A stretch of DNA of 60,860 nt. Origin: a virus (Duplodnaviria > Caudoviricetes). This document shows positions 20,301-26,800 of the stretch, piece by piece; the first letter of the stretch is position 1, and each line of letters starts with the position of its first letter. The translations under genes and the position numbers were made by a program. The stretch spans positions 1 to 60,860 of the IMG/VR virus record IMGVR_UViG_3300042503_001940; one strand, written 5' to 3'. The notes under the pieces are model-generated. The model made no database searches and was not told the origin of the DNA. It saw only the letters and a program-made list of their open reading frames with translations.

Positions 20301-20846
20301 TCAAGCGGTTCAAAGACGCAGCTACACGGCGTGATTGAGGACTATCGGCCAACCGATGTCCAGTTGCCAAACCCACCGGGTGGGTACCTTAGTAGCAACT
20401 CTGCCCTGCTTTCACAGGGGTATGCAAACCGTTGGTACAAGGACATTTGGACAAACGAGATTCCGGGCGTTCGCGAGGCAATGCACTTTATCCAGATGCT
20501 CCCAGACGGGTTTAAGCCGTTCTCGCAATCACCAGGCAGGTTCTCTCCAACGGCACGTGCCGCTGGTGGGTCCATCACCCCGTACATGCCGTACCTCGTG
20601 GGCGAGCGTGGACCGGAGTTGATGATCCCAAGCAATAGCGGGTACATGCTCCCGAACACAGGATTGAAGGCGTTGCAGGCTCCAGGGGACTTGCGCGCAG
20701 CGGGCGGTGCGGCGACAATCAATGCATCCGTCACCATCAACAACCCTGTTGTGTCGGATGCTGCCGATATTGATAAACTAGCCGAGAAGATAAGCGCAGC
20801 GCAGGTCCGCACCCTCCGTGCGGCAGGATTCCAAAGGCCAGGTTGA
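5376..20846 (+). CDS. Giant multidomain tape measure protein (5156 aa) with four GNAT-like repeats and a zincin-like domain
   Basis: AGGAG RBS; follows the chaperones; N-terminal GTVQIGLDATQF; tape-measure signature FANVTPF...LGQMNSAGRV...QLANAGI at aa ~2490-2700; C-terminal A.GG...YLVGERGPE motifs. Confidence 0.92.
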   Translation: MAEAGNPTGTVQIGLDATQFRAGTQAILSDIRSIMQGLTQFEKASNKTGGSLRGFEDASRSLKSFRAAIDGDALPALRRLQNQASASANSLSRVFQVGAQSAQAVGSINRVTSALAAQERQALRTADAMARAATSSQRGAMAFRNGGRSSSGTSGRSVSGGTRGARSSLDDSGAAARRLNQQADALFARVGKLTGGKGQSKWPFRDMPDPRNDPKQAWRFATPSAAQQAANRRRLQEIDRKFQESIARRGGWKSVYAARDEDDEMFSRREQYARRGSLAPKISKATREKLRAADKTRVRRSSGYGYSEPTTGTASLEQAAELYARALARSYAAGVRIRGASPRSAAGRAVGERAQRLAGALDTALYFSPTDAGTRARARNRPRAFNRADQSRRLELLQAAVDQMTDSHYPGRLGSTSKLMRGGFVADAPNPYRRSSIPALRKMRRLLVGAYSTAETMQPGQTGYLGALGGVGAPGVGAALIAHEIRRRARAGRALPLTAVSDALPMYLRGGFGRGPSGKRRMSRNAAERAMQLGELTSLGLSAADARKLLPLIRAQLREQERELGLRPGEVQFAKKGKLGGLKDLQKRSAEARLEAVESRNSGRPSTGTASVRDASSRFSRSIIRSAAAGVKTREFGGRRGGRNASARQKAELAKLLQFNEDLRDYGSLRPVWSSTPTGGRVQRNLTRLHRRSSSGGLGRQLAYRPVRGLDPTTEDNQSAMRMTSYALEQMIHNNPGRVALAPNPYYKKRGYPKQLTRLRMIPVGAYSSSTGGGTHGYLGALAGTGDEFAGGKAPLGGVGGTLVAQELRRRDRYRRGLPPSQRKGLTRSGSTVMPYSGFGQLEMFGIDDALPVYQNFGAQQRRIGSGRVRNYRRGEEIDQQSGHLAWTPWRTKSIVRGIRRSLPGQIATLRAIGGDAIPSDIQFAKRGKLGGLAAMQSDKSAKRRASVSSQNSRTPSPGTARIGDASDRLARSIVRSAAAGVKVREYGGKDGMYGMRPRQYAEFVKYQKFLQALREYGMTDASGVTNLRVRDRSRRSGMTRDYYRFKPVAGFDPRTVDNRSSMGMMTHAMSQMRSQPGRLALAPNPYYKKPGYPRALTQLRMIPVGAYSSSTGADTHGYIGGLAGTAQNWAGGQAPLGGVGGTLIAQELRRRDRYRRGLSPQGRRSMTRNGSRVSPYGGFGQLEMYGIGAALPAYQGMGAEEKLGTGKTKPYRRGEDIDDQSGYLAWTPWRTKSLIRGIRRSLPGQIAALRGIGGDAIPSDIRFDRRGGLLPNLRGKEAMSAAEELRQAIVRATELGREDVPRTASVEDAARMLARGIVHSQIGGVRIQRVPAFSGPSSEAQKSMDILDHLVARHDQSQRTNNTPSPFPFIPASAGRVGMMRSGLRQMAGGERGGFIARLATDAPFSHIPVGAYSTRDPGEFHGYLGSLSGLGIPGIGSALMSAEIKRRVAMGRISAMTTARERFLHPGDIMEHYRSILPRHIPSLEVSAADSGKGFYASAGFTDATGFPIGGTHVGGVPSRLELQGPKQLAMLAEIRKQIAILEKEYGLPPGSVRFAKRGSLSSIAASTGVRGKGGDSTVGATSKRGFEPLAAAIDTSLGAYINEMLQGLKAGRNGTVGPRQVAKALGKFQEDILASFGIGSGKGITGMRTGFSALPADSRRKIAKSVSAIFGDLLSDYTERMAPAFRRGGSSIASLGGVSHAADLKTILTGSQGVLLEELAAVQAAARPSRRRSGARIPAADASRFRTTPPGTGLDYVNGLPVIGNDFRNSPAILQSLQSGGQGAYNNSLVATLLAQQFMPRLPKNYGSLTMSNIVETQGAFGIAGINENKNLRGKRHRMPGGEHTGFGHVMFDPAGGQRATITLFNTVKTMLHEIEHVRERAAQIESIKATGGKASGPAYEAEMKRRGFGSSELLPVYDPGTGELMYVPKGAPGIKVVENGVLKLPAGALTKSQYMELPIGQRGGFQRATITQAQAAEFDKNAGGSHANIQRHFMPQARMGMESGFGIAQMASLLAFSNRNILPGETREEATLRSRLTNTGFFPSGQEQQIIAAGGINAVRPGLAGTANAYIAGALPAYEQVAKRPQRTAALFGARVQAGLQNAVSALAGGGDDMSLLGGAAKALVRATQAIPAKELKATFGSLSSTALADFGMILDAAVGSGRKLTREVPIGDPVTEAPGTANYVDPGYATEGKGKRRRKANVPAAPVGGGATVRALTPEGLQAVSAALHALTLSTAGVSPEALPQARANVRQARTGALGLPAQVTPNLEAVRRSLALATLAAEVGAMPEGPHKEALKGMLRPHMPNNPLFDLPKGTRTGRGKNAAVAAPSTSSSTTLIPYEPPLSASDHLARIQAAIFGDAFGMGGKPRGPQIPGPNVLPSYAGLDDNFKGMSPSLAEVGQRLKGYVTNSRMALGITQEFSSAMERARAGTINFGEGMRQIADSSKGLLFTLKDTIKFATAITLTQNVAGAISQGIGHLTGGFIQFNSILEQSRVGFTTLFKQGGDEMGVAESRAVGMIERMKEFANVTPFRFKQLEEAAIRMKAFGLEMGNIIRRDSSGQLVGYMRSIGDAVAALGGGDEKIMRITYALGQMNSAGRVYQNDMMQLANAGIAGYEILAEKLIQELEAKGENMTAEDKKILNEMYTNRIEAIRRLTSKGAISGKGAVQAIMAGLGERYGGGMERLSKTMAGAFSTIADMSQSLVATMTGPLYDAIRDVVVELATYMQSDALLEVFTKMREGIAGFARDLREAIPAAAKVAGDAFGFFIRLMQNMFGSGSGMMGGLDTFKKGLGTLADLLSNDVVRAFAMSSIAAKVLLSAFTSNPLIATVGAIIALLGVMRTAYEQNFMGIRDTIDTLAPRFQEIADTIQANLVPAIAGFIKGAGLFITGTLSAAIKVLGPIIAGLASAFGGIGGVLQVFAPILGFVLAMLITKKLAVDGFALAFTRLSQAIAGAASQMSVFGANARYTGTRSKVGSNLGMVAVDDQTGALAGSSLADRARLGTADGGSEQLKNKVGTQVITPAKLRGASFVSAYGPVAIPGGSIVRDIATGAVIQREAEMGPVARTFIGATMNTEMFGEKEVQEFGRLRDRSIAKGYLGVDTGREEALRHMSKDEIKELEATEKRTGQPVPTEQLPGYARAAALGEGRMKVEQGGTAFLAKKAREARRQEAARRNVSARAMDKIVADAVAAGEHRTPQKVDELGNVIDPGGVLKPDYARLVAPDSGKGAVLSQEERLALIDEYEREGADAEPDKSREDRLREAQEKRANAARERKRIRDARITKEQLRANKFIPIDQFSTEGDSATGVIPGSPRLKGTRRIQEYLKQLGTRMYTLGRRKVTAYSQGQFDTEIGIGPTGTMPGSLRVPTQGPIPIGAFDTESGPAAKVRRYLSGLRGARAPISAFSTEGAQAGAQRRLRPLERRDLSAFNLENDLMPGRFTRFRENLGERARSIGGGIKDRLTSFATYYKDKHGSQAMQAAAQSASSFATAAGASAMALGGLVGIINADLGASIAQVGAGLVGFGQVVSMASAAMTQIGKVGLKNMAMSLLSFATGPMGIVAAVAAVALALWSLDQAVKQSVKDMDEYYKKLVAGDKKASTDIADVAGLPVAKKDNDPTKYRITGMDKDGTLLNSDSSQATIDGMVERGILELVTNPLLSPGQPGYQSYKVTQKGLEAGYSGVTERFNKYDAATTPIVRTDAEQKAFAEQVTGGFMTGFGVEGYDQIKKTLEEKFQAGTIDLEDFAATKTQILEDDAKGRAAAEEFRGDTDAFKAAYVKSMVSRGYTEKQANDMFGNAQLAVGNVAREKLAGDDEYTNIERYDDLNKYQTESGTGFDLSYGALGKEGLIDESIFNVSENLKLLNDSLEDAQKESEKAAKAFAKLFDPFATVFEQFMARAMKIVGEIFKQEQDQLAAQTSDALSNVTALNNGEVTRLGVLEEQYKVLEEQRKEQERMKALQDAQEAAARATLGLFDAQVDPIDAAIAAREASQALQEEEQNAAMDTLASDIERAKNSVEYAETEEFYAAKKKQLDEDQEERQRQITEAAAKLMNDIKLGKITPEKAKAEFFKIFGDVGIDMESILSTGTVAGQSLAATFGTAFVDSFSAFGETIVNTIGAVVRAGIRAVNAELKIDQIVADIERIESAQDKVKGSKILAEKARLQRVVADTKFQLNAKAAQTTDPEMFQAYKELIGQLDKSSAMFSAMPTFDSTKDYSRAEFNKAFEAIYAMFTNLYDITGPLYKITRTMGTARGGQVGAGRYLVGERGPEMLEMYPNGGGNVIPNHKLPTSMRSSYGALRAGKGNQYQGRANGGSVGGGRDDYGMGNEASNFQESLQYLNDPTGFQQMSFNQFMDSPSKTRAEKNELARRFPKNYAKYIRSKISGGAGGKFGFGRMGGRAVGGPVSSVLGPIRTDGGTDPDIPIDWDDEDDDGGTETPSIVCPPGWMPVWNGFGWTCKYFTSTTDPDDPTDPDWPDVVEPDYPPTESCPIGTFPRWDPVTKSWTCVPLDLMWPEFGTPGLPVPRALLLDGRAHMIANNEMPWKMKDGVWTKIKGQLARAYAPYGAGGGGKPDILDNSGNTNAGKASTKPGPAFGGQQTAVVAGGTGWQKRWGWFSKIPGLGGFKNITALLQQDIRPLDWIGKNRLGTMIRVGMPDSKNPRVRQGIDKWIPKGMTGKGILGRIFANGNLMDASAKRIYPAMKFLSGYAAVLTSALDWKSQESMGADYWQDQLNVMAKENTIDEWWKEKRKSVVPSWVDTAMGVGNFFANPIGGITDLLGWTDAPRLPDAPNIVSGIGTAIDSSYKMPLVEQALKNGEIKFPPDIVLDDAQREYFESSKEPFPRFAFRTGGTALALLVQGALTAFLGVASGGLALPAAIAIGSVLSAVGNAAGGSAYDLLMGTDTPFHEVRGIGKAGDKGILSGMGDVGAGIAGFINGIAGLLDSGKKVDPAYSEKVSYKEGLFDPQLLAQLSSGSKTQLHGVIEDYRPTDVQLPNPPGGYLSSNSALLSQGYANRWYKDIWTNEIPGVREAMHFIQMLPDGFKPFSQSPGRFSPTARAAGGSITPYMPYLVGERGPELMIPSNSGYMLPNTGLKALQAPGDLRAAGGAATINASVTINNPVVSDAADIDKLAEKISAAQVRTLRAAGFQRPG
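6300..10073 (+). repeat. Four tandem ~270-330 aa GNAT-like modules inside the TMP
   Basis: Units 6300-7121, 7188-8174, 8241-9188, 9276-10073; each has TA[SR]...A...[LF][AS]R, VGAYS, GY[LI]G.L.G...G[VI]G..L...E..RR, Y...G[FA] and ends in F[AD][KR][KR]G. Confidence 0.85.
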
Positions 20847-23800
20847 TGGAAACTACCGAATCACTGATTGTCAAGATCCAGCCAAGGTTTGAGGGTGACC
20901 CCACGCCTGCTGCGTTCTATGACATCAGTGGTCGGGTAGACTCCGACGGGTTTGAATTTACATCAAGCGCGGACGGCGCAACGGCCTCTGCTCAAATCAG
21001 CTTGTTCACACTCTTCCCCCTTGAAGATAAAAGGTGGACCGAGTACGCAACTGCACAGGAAGCAGTAGAAGATAGTAAATTCTATTTTGACATTCCGGCT
21101 CGAACAGAAATCCAAATCTGGGAAGCCGCTTCCTGGTACACGGAAAGCCCAAAGCTGCTGTTTGGCGGCCTGGTCATGCAGGTCGAGGAAGAGCGCATTG
21201 GTGGCGGCATTGTCCAGCGCCTGACCTGCTCTGACTACACCGCACTCCTGGACGAGCGCGTAGTGGAGCAGTACCGCGTACCGCGCGACACCTACGGCTG
21301 GGAGATGATCAAGGGCGGCGTGGCGTACGAAGACGGACTTGTTGGCATTGCCCAGGTCTCATCGGCACCAGATGAAACTCCTTATCGGGATTTTACGCAC
21401 GTTTCCTATGACTCCACGCAAGACATCAATAAGGCAACGTCCGCAAGCCATGATTTTATTAAGGGAGAGCGCTTCAAGCATCAACCAACAGGGATAGAGT
21501 ACGAGATCGTTGGCACCTCTGGTGATGCGGTGTTCTATCGCCGGTCTTCGGCCAGCGGCGCCCTGAGCTTAACTTCGGGATTCCGCGTGTGGAGTCACAA
21601 GATCCTTGCCACAACGGTTGAGGATCACCTGTACGCTAGGAATCAAACGTTTAACTTCCCAAACATTGCCCACTTCAACAGCAGCTTTTACGCTATCCAC
21701 GAAATTACAAGCAATTTGAAATTCGTATCAATGCACCGGGTGTCAACGGCCACAGCAACGGCAACTAGCCCTTTTGTAGATGTCACAGTTGTAAACATTA
21801 CTAGCATTGGATCGGTAGATCCAAATAACAACAAAAACAGTGCTGAGTTTGCTTTTGCCGAATGCTCGGCTGTGCAACCGTTTAGCGTTGGGCAAACCAT
21901 TCGATTTACGGCAGACCAGGTAGACCTTTTCTCTCCCTGGCTAGACGCATTGGCAGAAAGCCCTGCGTCCAGCGGGCTATACGCCGCAACCGTAAGGTCG
22001 GTTACCTCGCCATACTCATTTGCTATTGATAATGATTTGACAACAGGGGACGCTCCAGTGGAAATCGCTGGATACGCAGACGGCTATCCGATTCGAACGC
22101 AGGCGTACACGCTCTCTATCTTTGAGGCCGTAAGAAACAATAATCCGTTCCAGGATTCATACGATAGCATTGGCGTAAATTACAAGGACTATGTAAATGA
22201 GGTTGAAACCGCAAGGTACAACCCTATCCTCTACGGATACAAAGACTCCTACCCAAACGAACCCGCCATTGAAGCTGACCCATTTGGTTCGCGTGCAAAA
22301 ATTTGGATAGACTTTTCCCGCAAGGGTTCAGAGCTTGACGGCGTTGCCTTTGACCCAACAACCAACTCGGCTACCTCACCCGTAAGACATCTTTCTAAGA
22401 TTCTGAATCGGGCCACTGGGGACCGCTCGCTTTTTGTCACAATACCAAACGTTACTGTTGAATACAACAACTCTACTAACGTTTTGACGATTGGCATTTC
22501 AGCTGCCGGTTCAAACATTTTTGCAGGTGACCGCATTTCTATTTCCAACATCAGCGGCGCTCCAACTGGAACAGATGCGGACACAATTGCCAACCAGGAA
22601 CTTGTTATTACGTCTATTCCGTCTCTGATTGAGGTTGATCTAGACGATGAGGCCAATAGTGCAATTCCAAGCGACTTCACAATCCCTGCAAGCGCGACAT
22701 GCACCGTGCGACTGCTGCCAAATTACGACGATGACACCGGCGACATTAAGATTTTCACCGAAAGGCCTCACTCGCTAATCCCGGGGGAGACCATTGACCT
22801 CGTTAACTTCAAAGTCAATGCAAAAATTTCAGAGGTTGATGACGCAAACTTTACAATTACGGAAGTGTCCACCGCTAACGATCCAAGCGGCGGAAAGTAC
22901 AGCAGTATCAGTATTGACGTAGGCGGTACCGATCCAGACATTGAATTGTATCCTGACAACAATCTTCACAAAAGCGAAAAGGCAACGATGATTTCTTCGG
23001 GGGCAGAGCTCTCCTCCGCCGCCAGGCGCCATAGGGTTATTCACGCGATGCGCAACAGTGGCGTGACAAAATTGACGGTTGTCACCGCCGAAATTGTTAA
23101 CTCGTATGAGGTGATCGACGCAGACAATTTCTACGTCTACATCGACGAAAACACTGGTGCGTTCTTTGAAGACAATCAAATTGTCAGAGTGATTGGTCTC
23201 TCTGCCCCATTCTCTGGAAGATTCCGCGTTGTTGAGGTCTATTCCACAAGGGTAAAACTTAATCGTTCTGGGGCCTTTGGCGCCGGAGCTCATAGAATAG
23301 TTACGGCCGCTACGTACTCTTCGCCAAACATTACGTATACCGCCACGGCTCATGGTTTTGTTGCCGGCCAGAAGGTCAGCGTTGTTGGTGACACAATCTA
23401 TTGGAGCGTTACTGAAGCAGAAATTATTAGCGTAACGACAAATACATTTGTTGTCGCTCGTCAAAATGCAGCGCCGACTGTTCCTTTTGTGCCAAGCGGA
23501 TATGTAATATTGGCAAGGGTGACTGAGGCAATTAGCATTAGCTTATTTGGGAGATACAAGGACGTTTTTGACAACAAGTGGAAGGCGTACTTTACATCTA
23601 GCAATCACGGGCTTGCTGTTGGTGATGAAATCTACATTGATATTACTAGCGGCCCAGAGGAAATGCTGTGTGAGTCTGGCGTTGCAAAAATTACTAAAGT
23701 CGTTGGAAAAGAATTTCACTTTGAGGCAAATGGCTCCGGTCAGATGCTTCCAATTGAAGTATCTGTGAGCTATTTGGCAACAGTCACCAGGGCGTTCCCA

Positions 23801-26800
23801 TCGACTACGGGGACATCCGGTAGCGTTGGACTCATGATCAGCAGGGCTGACGACGCGTATCAAGAGCAGGAAGCGTTCTTTGTTTCTGGTATTGGCCATA
23901 CAAACTTTGACTCATCTGTGCCAGTACGAGCTGGCCGAATTAAGCGCGTTGAGTACCGCTCCGCTTCAGGTTCTGAAAAAATTCACTGGGGAGACAACGG
24001 CATTATTACGCTGTATTTCAACAAAACAATTAAAGAGTTGCAAACATTTTTTGGTGAAGGTCGCTCGGCATACTTTGACATTACTTCAAGCTCAGCTTAC
24101 GACCCCACCTACACCAATACATTCTCTGGTATCTACACCGTCTTTGATGCTGGCGACACGGGTACGGTGGGGGAGCACGTTGACCTCGGTATTAATCCTG
24201 CAACATTCTTTGTTAGATTTATTGGAAGGCCAAGGCCTTCTGGCGTGCTGGCAGCAAACTTGCATTCCGTAGCTACAGGATCAGTTATTAGCGCAGACTA
24301 CCTTGAATATGTTGATGGTCGCGCAAATGTAAATGACACTGAACCGTACGGAATTGGAGCCCCCGGCACTTCAAAGAAATTCAGGCTGGCGACTAGAAGG
24401 ACACCCATTTCTTTCATCCAATACCTTGCTAACGGAACCGCTGAAATTACAACAACTGTTTCGCCAAACGTTAGCGATGGCAGAACGGTGTATTTCTCTT
24501 CTTCCGATTCCGGTTTGAGGCGGCACAGAACATCAAAAACAAAAGTTAAAGTTGACAAAAGAACAAATACAGTATTCCGCTACAAAGTCGGCGGCTCCTC
24601 GGTAAAGGCAACAAGAGTTGTCTCTGCTGCGGGAAGCACAACGTGGACAATTAAGCTTGCAGGAACTCCGCCGCAGGCATATTATTCCGGATGGAACATT
24701 CCGTTTAAGCTGATTGGTATTAGCACTAAGGCCTCCAACGCAGTAAAAGCGCTTAACAAAAGCGCTGGCTGGGATTCTGGCTCATATTCCTACGACGCCA
24801 CAAAGAAAATAATTACCTTGACCGGCGGCCCCTCTCACGCAAGCGCCATTAATGTAAGCCCCGGCCCAAACGCCAAAGTCTCCTTTATGGGCGGAGCAAA
24901 AACATCCGCACCAGCGGACAGCTACGTACTTTCAGCCAAAAAAGAAACGGTAACAACATCCGTTTGGTCAATTGACAAAATCCTTAGCGTCTTCACAAAG
25001 CCGTCGACGGGGATTTCAGAGAGAAACTACGCAAGCGATTTGAGAATTAAGCGGCAGGGCGGAGCCCTGGTTCAAATTAAATATTACGAATGGCTAGAAG
25101 CGGTTACAGCTGGAACCTATCAGGTCACAGTGGGGGCCGGCCAAACATACACCGTTACCACCACAGAGCCGCACAACCTGGGCACATACCAGCCTTCGGT
25201 TGAGTTTAAGGGAATTAGCGGAACCTACGTAGATATTGGATCACCAGATTCTGGCCTTGTAAACGGCATAAAAGTTACCTCTCCAACAACTTTTACCTTC
25301 GTGCGCACTGCAGCGGCAACAGAAAGCGGCGCTTGTCAGATAAGAACAAGGAAGGCATACGTGCCAGATTCTACGCATTTGACTATGCCAAGAAACCCAG
25401 GGGTGTATGTAAGCGGAAGAACTGCAATAAAGTTTGTTGCCAGCCAGTGGTCTTCGCTGCGCGGCGACCGTTTCTACCTGGACGGCAGCGTTCCGACTGC
25501 CGGCGCTGGCACCTCAAAGCTAAGCTCCACCTGGACAATTGTAATGCAGGCAACAGCGCTCCCGACTGCGGGAAACTACGCAGCCATATTCCAGCACGGA
25601 ACACCCGCGGGCGCACCCTATCTTTCGTTTGGCCTTGACAGTGACGGTCACCCCTGGGCAAGTTTTGTAACTACTGGTGGAAGAACAAAATACACCGCCA
25701 CGGACATTACGCTTGTTGCAGAGGAAGATTGCGTATTGCAGCTAAGAGTTGCCTACTCTACGTCCACGGCGGCTACTGTATACATCTCAAAAAACACTGG
25801 AGCAGAACAGGCGCTGTCGGTTACAAACATTTACCGCGGCCTTTGGGATAGCGCACTGCCAGTCCCCTGGAGCAGCTCAGGCGCTGGTACGCTTGTTTTG
25901 GGAATGGAGCAAGACAGTGACTCCACTTACAGATACCCAATCACTGCTCACATTGGCGAGATTATTGCTCACGACATAGACCTTGGGGCAGCGCCAGCAC
26001 TGGAACTCCGCGCATGGATGATGCACAAGTGGGCGCTTGTTAACTTCATCGACAGCGACCTAGTGCCGGACTACAGGGACTTGCGCAACGTCCCAAACAA
26101 CGAGCTTTCTGATTCCAGTCAAGTAAAGAACGCACAGTTTGGTGGGCGAACCCTGAAGCAGGTCCTGGACTCTATTGTCAAAACTACTGGCGCAAGGTTC
26201 TGGGTAGATAAAAACAAGAACTTGCAATACAAAGAACTAAACACCAAGAACCTTGTTAAGAACTCTATTCTGCAGGATGAACGGGCCGTCTCTTCTTCTA
26301 GGTATTGGAACCTTACTAACTTTGCCGTTGTTACACAGGACCCAGCAGACGCAACAAGGCAGCCAGGTCCGTATGGCTATGGCTACGCGCTGGGCTTCTC
26401 TGGGACTGCTGCTGGTGAAGCCCACACCGATTTCATTACAGAGAACCCCGACAAGACAACCATCTCGGCAGACGAATACTACTTTGTCTCTGCCTACATG
26501 AAGACATCCGACACGACTAAGGCAGCCTTGCGCGTGCACTTCTACGCCTCAGGAACTAACACCGTTGGCTCGTCACACGACATCTCGTTCGTGGACGCAA
26601 CCCCATTGACGCGCAATAACGAGTGGCAGAGAATCTGGTCTATTGTAAAAACCCCAGCAACTACAGCCAAGCTCAGCGTTGGGGCAATAAAGCTTTCTTC
26701 CGCAGCGGCAGTAAGCGTCTACGCAACTAATTTCTCTTGCGTGCAGCTAACAGGCGCTTACGGCTTTGCGGATGAGGGGCTGGCATACGAGCTTGCCCCC

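Noticed and set aside
5660-20812. Dozens of antisense and alternate-frame ORFs within the TMP gene
   Set aside because: No RBS or motifs; expected shadows of a long GC-rich coding frame.
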